Shown: piece by piece, positions 53,018 to 64,000 of the stretch
Position numbering within the stretch: the first letter of the stretch is position 1
How the letters are laid out: the number at the start of each line of letters is the position of its first letter
From: Octopus vulgaris
Taxonomy: Eukaryota
Assembly: GCA_951406725.2 (NCBI GenBank)
Contig: OX597818.1
Location: 112,716,001 to 112,780,000 of the forward strand
Direction of reading: 5' to 3'
DNA length: 64,000 nt
The notes under the pieces: generated by a model
The model's input: only the letters and a program-made list of their open reading frames with translations
What the model was told of the DNA's origin: nothing
Databases searched by the model: none
Translations under genes and position numbers: made by a program

Positions 53018-55329
53018 ATGTGTGTGTGTGTGTAATATATGTACATATATTTTAATACCTGTAAATATGTATACATTAATCTGATATGCCCATAATTATG
53101 AACATGTGGTGGGTTTCATTTCTTTACCTAATTTATTTAAAACCTAGATATACATGGTTCTGGTTCACACTTATGAATATAATTATATATTTGGTAAGTC
53201 GCTGTTATACATAGCATCAATGGAAATATTGATGTTCTCTTAACCATAACGAGTATAATTTCGTTAACATTCACCGATACACATATTACATAATACTTAC
53301 TTGCAAATCCTCTGGAAGTATTCTTAATTTATGTCTCTTTAACACTGATTAAATTCCAACGATATTCGGAGATCCTTTCTTTTCAGTTAATGTATATACA
53401 TGATTCTATTGTTCTGTGTGATTGCAAAGTTAATTTGCGAATTACAGAGATGTACAATAATGTTGGCGTCTCCTTACTGATGATAAATTTCAATAATCTA
53501 CATCTTACACGAATATCATGTATATATATTTAGACTAAACACTTGAACTCTTTCTTAAAATGAAGAAACAACGGAAATCGTATGGATTTCTACCTCGAAA
53601 AGGATACTTACTTTCAAAAGCGGCTTACGTCATTTCGGATAAAATTCAAACTCAACATAAAAGTGCTATTAACTATATTTTAATATACCAACATTAGTTA
53701 TAATAATATGTATTAGCTAGAGCCAAAAGAGGGACACGGTCAGGTGATTATGTGAAGGGAGAGGTGAAGAGTTTAACGGCTAGAGAGAATAGTATTAGTG
53801 ATGAGAACCTGGAGATAGGTATTTGTTGTGTGGACGCCCCAAGGCGATGAAGTAGGCAAGTCCAATACGAAGATATAGAGGGAGAAGCCTAGACGTCAGT
53901 AGAGTGAAAGAGACGTTGAGTAGGAGGCATCAGATAGGAGGAAAAGAGAGAACAGAAAAGCCAAAATAAAAGAAAGAAAATGAAAGGAAACGGTGTATGG
54001 TATTACGTAGCATACCCGAAAAATATTGAAACATAGAAGAAAATACTTAGGTTATACCAAATAGTAAGAGTAAAGGTACCAGCATACATATATGCAGAGG
54101 ACATGAAGGCGATAGTAATTGAAGAGGAAAGTTATAAGAGACTGCAAGAAATGTGTGGAGATAATATCGACCCATCAGGAATAAGGGTGGAATTCAAAGA
54201 ATTGCCACCAGTAGTGGATTTCATGGAAATGGAACCAATAATGAAATATTACTGAAAAAATAAATATGTCAAAACGACAGGAAGAAAGAAAAGAAAAAGA
54301 AAAAGTGGGGGGGGGGGAGAAAAGAAAGAGTAAGTGTTTTATGTTATGTTTAATAATGTCGGAAAATAGAAGAACAATTTTAGAGAACATATAACGGTTC
54401 AAATAATTGTAATGGTAGACGATAATTAATTGTTAGTTAAATACATGATCAAAACGGACAGGTTAAAAAGATTAATGATAATGCATGTGATGAGGGGTGC
54501 ATGCAGCCATTCATAACGCCATTGTTGTATAATTATCTCATCATATTCGTTCTATACATTGTCCCTTCTGTGGTGTTCTGTCTGTCCTTGTTTGTCCCCC
54601 TCTATGTTTGGGTCCTTGTGGCTAATAAAGAAACAGAATGAAAGAGAAGTTGAGTAGAAGGCATCGAAATGTGCGACATTACAGTATTGCAATGATCTTG
54701 TGTAGAAGAGGCAAAGTGAGATGAAAAGAGCATGTGTTTTTTTTAAGGGAGATCGACATCCATGTAGTTGTCTAGCTATATTGATAAATACATCTGCGGA
54801 TAGAAAGTTTGATGTCTAAATATGTCGATAGGTAGTTAAATGGAAGTGAAAAAACCCTAAACAGCAAAGAGTTTTAGATATTGTCGTTTAATTTTACTAG
54901 GTATCCCTGCAAAAACACTGTAGACACACTGTGTCTCTTAAATTATTTAGGGTGTTAATTACTTTTTACCGGGTTTAGATACCTATCCATATTGTGCGAG
55001 TTAACAGATACATACATGAACAGAAAGGAAATAAGATATGATAGACAGAAAAATATGCAGACAAGTAGGTAGGTTGGTCTGTAGGTAGGTAGGTAAGTAG
55101 GTAGACTGATCTATAACAGTATACAGATAGATAAATAGATATATATCATAGGTTTTCAAATAAATGTATTAAGATTTGTTAAAACATTACCAACGTATAC
55201 TAGCAGAATAATATTTCAGATAATGTCTTCGATTTTATTCCATACTAAGGTTTGTTTACTTGTTGACGTAAAATGAAAAATAATCGATAACAATTCGCAA
55301 AATAGAAAATGTGACAATATATCTTTCAG

Positions 55330-55468
55330 AGATGTTGCTTCTTGCGATTGCACCTTCAATACGGCCTATGTGAACTTTTACACCATCTCAAGATTAAAAT
55401 ACTTCACACAAGCATACAGTTCCATCTAAAAAATTTCAGAACTACCGTGGAATTACCACAAGAACTGG
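55330..55468 (+). pseudogene. Decayed MAM exon start
   Basis: Acceptor TCTTTCAG at 55329. TGC ACC TTC AA TAC GGC CTA TGT equals CTF(E)YGLC with a 1-nt deletion. Confidence 0.55.
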
Positions 55469-55801
55469 TAGAATTTAAAAGCATTATAATTATTGTTGTT
55501 GCTTGGTTGTTGTTATTAATTTGAAGACAAGAACTCTTGTGTACCTCGGGGGGTTTTGATATGATTCTTTAAATTATGTTTTCAGATATATCAAAAATCG
55601 ATTTCAGGTTTATTCTCCTGGGGCTAATGTAAACTGTATTCGTTTTAATGTGTATTAAGTCTAATATATACTTACGTCATACTTGTGCGGAGAAGTCTCT
55701 ATGGGAATTATATGCATCATATTTATAATATAATGACATACAATCAATTCGTAAATGAAATATAAATGAAAAATGTGAGAATATGTGCAACCAGAACATA
55801 C

Positions 55802-56125
55802 CGCTCCAATGCGCAAACCTTTCCATTCTCATTGTCACCACAGGGCAAACCAGCAATTGCTTTGTTCAAACGTGCATGTCTTCACTCTCTAAGCCATTAA
55901 TGTTTACCAAAGATAAAAAATAACATCTACTAAAGCTTTGCTCCAGTGACCATGTTAGAGAAGTTTACACGAGAATGCAGAGAACCGTAGCAGTTACAGC
56001 TTCTGTATTTCCGGCAATCCATCACACTTGGGTGATAGTACATCACCATGTCTTCAAACGATGAAACTTTGATTTGAAGTAGATATGATCTGAAATTCGA
56101 TGACAAAGGAACAATTCGCGCAAGG
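55802..56125 (-). pseudogene. Inverted LDLa-LDLa-MAM exon remnant
   Basis: Minus-strand AG/GT boundaries. Reads SNQSFIV*RHG...KCDG / DC...NC, AFSCK, RCYF...NGLE, and KTCTFEQSNC (about 55853-55882). Confidence 0.4.
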
Positions 56126-56258
56126 CTGTAACAACCATGTTATTTCAGCAAGTAAATGGACGCTTAAAACAAAAATTCGGTGATGTGATTTTTAATAAGA
56201 GATCATACCTAGTCTGTGTTTTGATAATCCAACAAATATTGAATGGAGGGAGTTTTCT

Positions 56259-56665
56259 GCTGGATATGTACAAATAGCAAATGCTTCCATACATTACTTT
56301 TCAAAATCTGGAATCTAGGCAGCTGGATGACATTGGAGAAAACCAGTAATCTGTGGGGAAACTTGCAAACACATTTGAAAAAAAAACACAAGTTGATATA
56401 TTCACTGCTTCAGGTTGGTGACTTCCGGTATGGAGTCTTTGTTATTACTTGTGAAATGTCGAAAGATGATTTAATTTGATTACGTAAGGTGCAGGAGTGG
56501 CTGTGTGGTAAGTACCTTGCTTACCAACTACGTGGTTCCGGATTCAGTCCTACTGCATGGCACATTGGGCAAGTGTCTTCTACTATAGCCTCGGGCCGAC
56601 CAAAGCCTTGTGAGTGGATTTGATAGACGGAAACTGAAAGAAGCCTGTCGTATAAATATAAGTTT
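56259..56665 (+). repeat. Copy 1 of a ~405-bp direct duplication (LDLa/MAM remnant plus SINE B 5' half)
   Basis: Highly similar to 57873-58277. Confidence 0.95.
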
Positions 56666-56875
56666 ACAATCATAGAAACCCACTAAATATATTTTGCATT
56701 TGTTTCTCAATGTTTCAAATTTCCTCTGACAAATAAACCTAACCACTTAAGTTGTCCCAACCAATATAACAGTTTTGTGTGTATTTAATAGCTAGCTAAC
56801 GTAATAACTTTAATAAATATCAGGATACTAAATAAAAAAAGGAAGGAAGAAACACATAAATGAGCTCCTTAAATA

Positions 56876-57779
56876 CGACGTCTGATCAATAAGAATCTGG
56901 ACTGTTGCCATAGTAACAAAGATAAAGCAATAAGAGTGAAGCTGCCTAGGAGAGATTGGCCTTGATTTCTACTGTGTATGAGCACTAAGTTTTAACGTTC
57001 TAACTCACTTCCGCTGTTTACAGTAGTGCTTGGAAGGAAGGTGTGTAGCGTGTGATCGTCGCATTGACCATAGACAGAGAGATAGAGAAAAAGAGAGAGC
57101 TATCATGGTGATACCTGCTCAGAGACAGGCGCAAAGTTAGGAGAAGTGTATGGAGAGGATTGAAACAGCCGCACACAAGTGTACGAGTATTTCAGATGTT
57201 TCCAAGATAGCCGAAAAATGTCCATATTGACCAACGTTCTGGGAGACCCACAACCAGCAGGACTGAGAAAAAACATTGCAGATGTGCGTGCAGTGTGAAG
57301 GGAAACCGTCGAATAACCATCCGTGAAATATCAGAGGATGTGCAGATTAGTTACGGTTCAGTTCAGTCCATTATCACTGAAGATTTGGGTATGAGACGCA
57401 ACTCTGCCAAGTTTGCACCCAAACTACTTTCAGCTGACCAAAAAGACACTCGGCTTTCGGTTGCACAAGTTTGTCTCGATTGTATCGAGAACGATGAAAA
57501 CGTCTTGAAAACTTTGCGTAGGACACTAAGCTGTTATTGCCAACAATTTGATGCACATTGATGCACATCTATGCACATTCTGTGCTCAACGTCTATCATG
57601 TTCAATGCGACGATCACACGCTATACACTTTCCATCCCAGCACTGCTCTAAACAGTACAAGTGAGCTAGAACGTTAAAACTGAGGGCGCATGCACAGCGA
57701 ATTTCAAGGCCAATCTGCGCCAAGCAGCTTTAGCTTCGTTACTATGGGAACGATCCGGATACTTATTGATCAGACCTCG
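56876..57779 (+). mobile_element. Non-autonomous irritans-like mariner with ~190-bp inverted ends
   Basis: TA|CGACGTCTGATCAATAAG...CTTATTGATCAGACCTCG|TA. Encodes NRRITIREISEDVQISYGSVQSIITEDLGMRRNSAKFAPKLLSADQK. No DDD domain. Confidence 0.9.
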
Positions 57780-57857
57780 TAGAATAAATAAAATGCAAAT
57801 ATATATTTTAACACGAGTGTTTCTAAATAAATGGCATATTTGTTATCTTTCATGTAG

Positions 57858-58095
57858 TTTTCAAAACATCACGCTGGGTATGTACAAATAGCAGATGCTT
57901 CCATACATTACTTTTCAAAATCTGGAATGTGAACCTGTGGATGACATTGGAGAAGACCAGTAATCTGTGGGGAAACTTGCAAACACATTTGAAAAAAACA
58001 CAAGTCGATATATTCACTGCTTCAGGTTGGTGACTTCCGGTATGGAGTCTTTGTTATTACATGTGAAATGTCGAAAGATGATTTAATTTGATTAC
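57858..58095 (+). pseudogene. Decayed LDLa-MAM exon (copy 2, with acceptor)
   Basis: Acceptor at 57857. Reads WVCTNSRC, LECEPVDD, ICGETC / TFEK, and SKDDLI*L (cf. DDFDW.R; TGA at 58089), followed by GTAAGG. Confidence 0.45.
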
Positions 58096-58098
58096 GTA

Positions 58099-58475
58099 AG
58101 GCGCAGGAATGGCTGTGTGGTAAGTACCTTGCTTACCAACTACGTGGTTCCGGGTTCAGTCCTACTGCATGGCACCTTGGGCATGTGTCTCCTACTATAG
58201 CCTCGGGCCGACCAAAGCCTTGTGAGTGGATTTGGTAGACAGAAATTGAAAGAAGCCTGTTGTATAAATATAAGTTTGCGTGTCTGTGTTTGTCCCCCAC
58301 CCACCATCGCTTAACTATCGATATTGGTGTGTTTAGGTACGCGTAACTTAGCGATTTGGTAAAATAACCGATAGAATAAGTACACATGCTACAAAGAATA
58401 AGTCCTGGGGCCGATTTGTTCAACTAAAAGCGGTGCTCTAGCATAGCCGTAGTCAAATGACTGAAGCGATAAAAC
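58099..58475 (+). mobile_element. SINE family B, full length
   Basis: Head, core and tail. Confidence 0.9.
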
Positions 58476-58659
58476 AATAATTCTTTATGAAGTCAATCAC
58501 TCTTAACACATAAATTGATTGTAATGTATGTTGAAATATTCCTCGAAAGAGAGGCGGTTGACATTGTTTTCTCTCAGCTGAGAATGTTCAAATGTAAGTG
58601 GAGTTTTAATATAGATATAAATGTTCATTACACACATGTGAGTGAGAACACTTTGAGAT

Positions 58660-59115
58660 ATTTTTGGTATCTAACATATGTCAGATACTGCGAGCGCTGC
58701 TTCTGATTGGTCAATCCATGGTGATGACCCGAGGTCACGGTAACGGCACTACTTTTGTCATTCATCAGTTATCAGTCATTTCACCTGAAAACTTAACGCT
58801 ATAAAGTCGGACTATCTTCCTGCGGCATGACATCTTTTACAGTTACACATTGTGACGTCACTGACGTGAAATCAAGCTATATTCATGCGCGCTTCAACAC
58901 GATGTGAAGAATTTAGTTATTGGGTTAATAAAATATGGTCGTTTATTCGTGTGTAATAAATAAAATACCAAACTCATTCCCTATGGATACCGTATTTATT
59001 ACAACTCGTGGCTTGTAAACGTATCTAACGAGCGAAAGCGAGTTAGATACGTACAAGCCACGAGTTGTAATAAATACGGTATCCATAGGGAACTCGTTTG
59101 GTATTCTCTATATAC
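58660..59115. mobile_element. Non-autonomous element with a long subterminal hairpin (Crypton-like architecture)
   Basis: Hairpin 58964-59105 with a 41-bp perfect core (58977-59017 / 59052-59092). TCTGATTGGTC lies upstream. Family assignment is inferred. Confidence 0.45.
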
Positions 59116-61020
59116 GATACACCTAGATTTCATAGCTCTGAATGGTAGAAATAAATATTTTAAATACATTCTCCATTTGAAATCCACTTCTGCTTAATAT
59201 TTGCGAATTCCTTCGAAACAGAGAGAGAAAATTTACAGTGCCGGCCCAAAGGTTGAACAGGTTTGACATAATCTCTGATTTGGTAAACTTATATTGCATT
59301 GTATGCATATTTTGGGAAGCAGGTTTTATATATTCTACATAAGAAATCGTTGTTCGCAAATGGTAATTATGTTTTTAGAATCTACTAGCAAGTAATTTCC
59401 TTTCCTTATCGTTCGTTTTCATCATCTTCGTCATCTTCCACGCAATCTCTTCTTATTATTATTCTCATCGTTTTCCTCCTCCTCCTCGTTCTTCTTTTTC
59501 TGTTCGTCTTGCAAATAATAATTGTTATTTTTGTTATTTTTTTTAATATTCATTTTAGTTACTCACTTCCTATTTAAGCAAAAAGAAAAAAAAAAAGAAG
59601 TTAATTTCCGGTGCATTTGTTTCAAGATTCCCAAATGATTCCCACAAGAAGAACTATTTGCCGCATCTAAATATTACATTTTAATATTTCATCTTATGAT
59701 TTGATAGCGTGTATTTGCATTTCATGGCATGAACTTACATTATAGACTCACATACATATACATATGTATATGTATGTGTGTGTGCGTGTGTATGTGTCTG
59801 TGTGTATTCGTACGTGCACGCGTACGTGTGTATGTATAGGTATTTACTGAAGTGTTTAGCAAATGAAACTACCTTTAATTCTCTATGGGTTTTTTTACCC
59901 CACACAGTCTCGTTCTCTGCGTTACTCTCATTTGCTTGAGATAAATTTACTTAATGTTTACAACCGACTCCCGGTCGTGGCATCGATGTGCTTTTCTCCA
60001 CATGTATTTAGCTTGTGCGGGTTTAGGTATCTGTGCGTAGCGGGACGTATGCATATGCGTACCCCTGTCGGTATTTTTACACGAGAGTACGTATGTATAT
60101 ATACGTGTGGATGTGTATATGTATGCATGCGTGTACGTATGTACATGTTGACCATTAGTAACAAAGACAATTTACGAGGAAGTAGATAAACTGTTTAGCC
60201 ACAAATCAGACAACTGAGATCGAGCATCCACATGGTCTCCAGACATTTAAGTTAATTTATGACACCCGCCATTACACCCTTAGGCTTCAACAACCGGAAT
60301 ATGTCATCCTTCCGTACCTTACGTTATCTCCTGACCACCCTTTTAGTTCTTCACCCCTTTACTGCCGGTTCTACGGAGAGTTTTAGGATGGATAGGGGAG
60401 AACGGCATAGAGATTTTCTGATGAACTAATTTAAGAGCTAGATTTCATAGGAATCATTAAAGGTACATAGACACTGAGTGAGCGTATGCTACAGAAAGAA
60501 ACAGACTCGAAGAGAGATTCATTCTCAGATACACACAGATATGCTTAATTTCCGCATCCTGATCTATTTCGTTCTGGTCTTTCAAAGCTCTGTCTGAATA
60601 TTAATATTCTTATATTAATTTCGACATTTTCTATTGAAAATGCAATGCTTCCTTTTATATTTTTACTATATTTATACCGTGCTGAAATGTATTATTTCTA
60701 TGTGAATAGTATACTAGGATACAGGCCTCCGGATATGTGTATACTTAAATGTGTGTGTGTGTGGGGGGGGGCATGCTAGGTGTGTCTTTCCTCTTTGAAT
60801 GAAAGCGAATTCTTACTTCTTTGCTTCCGGTATTATTGGTAGACAAACATCCGTTCTCGTAGTTATTCATCTGGCGGCCGAAAACGACGAGCCTTTCTGC
60901 TTATTTCCATGCACGGATATGTGTATGTACATACGCATATATTTCGAATGTTTATATACGTATATGTATGTATATGTATATATATATATATATATATATA
61001 CATAACCAAACACACACATA

Positions 61021-61090
<70 letters not shown>

Positions 61091-61874
61091 GATAGATAGA
61101 TAGATATATATATACACACATATATATATACATACATACACAATTCTAAATGATTAATATGGTTAACGTGAGTGTGCTTGCAGGTTCTGTAAGTAGGTTG
61201 GTATAAAAGTACAGGAATTGATGAGATTAAAATGGGTGCGTATATTGGGATAGTTACATATACATATATATGTACATTACTGCCAGATAAATGTAAATGT
61301 ATACATCCGTGTGTCTACAAGAAACTGTGTTGGTTTTATAACTTCTCTCAATAGCTTGAAAACTAACGATAATAAAGTGCATTGTAGTGATTCCAAATAT
61401 CTAAAATGAAATCTGTAAAGTGACAAATTTTAGTACGTTATTAAGACGAGGAAGTGCGGAGATGTCGTTGTTTTCTTTTGATGTGAAACCGTGGCAAGCA
61501 CAAGAAGCATTTAATTGATGAAATTTATCTTTTTATGGCATTATTATCCTTAAATCTTTATTCTCGTGTTTCCTAAGATTCCAGTCGACGATGATGGGTT
61601 AGCGGTTTAAAACTGAATGAGTATGGTATTTCTTCGTTCTTTGTTTTGTTTCCCTTTCAAATGCCCCCGTGCTAATTGAGACAAATGCACGAGTCACACT
61701 GTCTGTCAGCCGAAGCAATCCATTATGCGGAAGGTACGTTCTGTTTTGAACAACCGTCGACACGAGGTGGAATCGCTACACAAAAAGTCTCTTTAGAACA
61801 GTTTGTGTAAACGATTATAATCTATGCATGTAGGCATGCGTAAACGTATGCATGGAGGCATAGACTCACACACG

Positions 61875-61906
<32 letters not shown>

Positions 61907-61910
61907 CATA

Positions 61911-62005
<95 letters not shown>

Positions 62006-62469
62006 TATTATCCTTAAACCTTTATATAGGCGGAGCAGTGGCTGTGTGGTAAGTAGCTTGCTCACAAACCACATGGTTCCGGGTTTTGACTAATCAAAAT
62101 ATCTACAGATATTTCCATAGGAATATCTGACATGCGGTATTCCATTCATAAAAATGTGCTGACATTTGATACCATCCTGCCTTTTCAAGTCATAATTTGT
62201 CCGCGTTTTTGTTCTATCTGGAATAATTCTGCAGTCTATTATGTTTGGTAACGCTCTCGGACTTCGACTATAGTCGAAGAAGTCAGTTATAGTCAAACGC
62301 GTGTCGTATATCAGCGCCCTATTCAGAATTCTTGATTAGACATATCAATGCCGTTCGTTTTTGTGTGCATCTCTCTCTTCTCTCTTTACACACACGTGCG
62401 CGCACACACACACACACATACACATACATACATACATATATAATACATACATACATACATACATACGCA

Positions 62470-62830
62470 ACATGTTAGAAGCTATACCTACTCAGAATGA
62501 AAAGGAGTACTAGTGGAATGTCCCAGTGAAAACCCCAATAAAATGTAAGCACAACAGACCTGATATAATGATTTGGGACGGAGAAAAGAAACTGCACAAT
62601 TGTGGAAGTTACCTGCCCAGTAGATGTTAACATAAAACTAAAGATCAGCGAAAATACCTACACTGAACTAAAGAGAAATCTAGAGCTACTCATTCCAGAT
62701 GACAAGTTTAGGTTTAGTTTAAGCATCTGAAAACCAGAAAGGAGAAAGCTGATTCGAAGATTACAGATTCAAGCCATCACTGAATCTGTAAAATATTGCA
62801 AAACATTGCAGACGTTTATCATCATATATA
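62470..62830 (+). mobile_element. RLE endonuclease fragment of an R4/Dong/NeSL-like LINE
   Basis: WNVPVKTPIKCKHNRPDIMIWD...VEVTCPVDVNI (PD-(D/E) motif). Confidence 0.75.
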
Positions 62831-63199
62831 GATGAGAATGTCTAGACGTGAAATTATATGCATAAGTATACATACATAAAACAAAACATAGAAATCGGTA
62901 CACATAAATGCATATATACATATACATACATACATACATACATTCAAAATAAGGGTGGCTCATTAGCAATTTTTCAACTGAAGGGTAAAAATATATACGT
63001 CACTAAAGCGACTGAGGGCGCTATTCAGCCCCTGTATAGCTAGAAAAACAGCTAGTATAGCCAGTCAAAAACAATTCATAGCCCCAATAACGCAACATCT
63101 TATTTAGTGACAAGGGCGGCAAGCTTCCTAAGCACCGCTCATATCCAGATCACTAGTGATTTCGCAATTATGTTAACGCTCGTCAGTGGCCCTCATATA

Positions 63200-63531
63200 T
63201 ATAGAAGGGTAAAGACCCCTTTCGTTCATGAATGACCAAGATATTGCAACCTCGAAAGTTACCCTCCGAGGCATAGATCCAGGCAGGTTGTGTATGGGCG
63301 ACCAGCAGTCGTCCATGCGTGCCAGACTCTCCTCTCCATGCCACAGAAGTTATCCAAGAGAAAGGCAAAGGCCGATCATACAGCTCGGCACCAGTGACAT
63401 CGCAACTCGTTTCTACACTTGAGAGAACTGGAATTATGTTGCTCAAGAATACAACGCACAACCCGGTCCGGGAATCCTACTGACTCATTCATCATTAAGC
63501 CGACGCTCTAACCACTGAGCCATGCATCTTC
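63200..63531 (-). mobile_element. tRNA-derived SINE, family E
   Basis: Minus strand TGAAGATGCATGGCTCAGTGGTTAGAGCGTCGG...GATTCCCGGACCGGG...TTCTTGAGCAA. Confidence 0.7.
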
Positions 63532-64000
63532 ACACACACACACACACACAAACGCACACACACGCACAAACGCACACACACACACATACATAAATATGAA
63601 AATGAACAATGACGTTACATGAGAATAATCTCTAAAAAAGTATTTACGTATATTATGTTGGAATAGGTATTTCGCATCGTTTTAAAATACATACGAAGCA
63701 GTTCATCATTACTGCTCGTAGTTAAAGGATGTACCTAATCATCTGTACTTCCAGCATCATTTTCACCATCAAGTCGCTGATATTTGGCTATTGCACAATC
63801 CTATATATTTAGCAAGTATCATTTGCTTTCTTGTTCGAAAATAATGCCACCCTATAGTAAAACGCATATGCTAAGTGGTAATCCTTACTGCAGCGGTACT
63901 GATTCAGACTAAAGCTTTACAGCGCACAATCTTTGTCCATCGCCCAGCCATTTAAACCACTTCTTTCTGGTTGACATGTTAAATGATTTAATGATTCTAA

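Noticed and set aside
53700-54420. Purine-rich stretch possibly from a LINE ORF1
   Set aside because: No diagnostic motif recognisable by eye.
60410-60465. CTGATGA motif
   Set aside because: No intact GAAA or stem III in register.

Overview
This is AT-rich, repeat-dense eukaryotic DNA. The SINE families and (TA)n/(CA)n load suggest a coleoid cephalopod, probably Octopus (inference). I find no intact protein-coding gene; nearly all ORF-track entries are microsatellite read-through or antisense to mobile elements. Contents: (1) many tRNA-derived SINEs of at least four families, some multimeric; (2) a ~3 kb 5'-truncated CR1/L2-group LINE (APE+RT) whose 3' stem-loop is shared with one SINE family, plus older CR1-, RTE- and R4/Dong-like LINE fragments; (3) three mariner derivatives and one decayed DD37D-like Tc1/mariner; (4) a Neptune-type Penelope (GIY-YIG) remnant. 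Two signals are not explained by the ORF track. First, at least six sequence-distinct type I hammerhead-ribozyme motifs lie in short modules among (TA)n tracts. Three of them are inside fold-back palindromes, including a perfect 224-bp-arm palindrome whose ribozyme has a CCGAAGA core. Second, remnants of a heavily decayed multi-exon MAM/LDL-receptor-class-A gene (MALRD1-like architecture) are scattered from ~1.2 to ~58 kb, with a local inversion and duplication near 56-58 kb. All calls are by eye and boundaries of old repeats are approximate.
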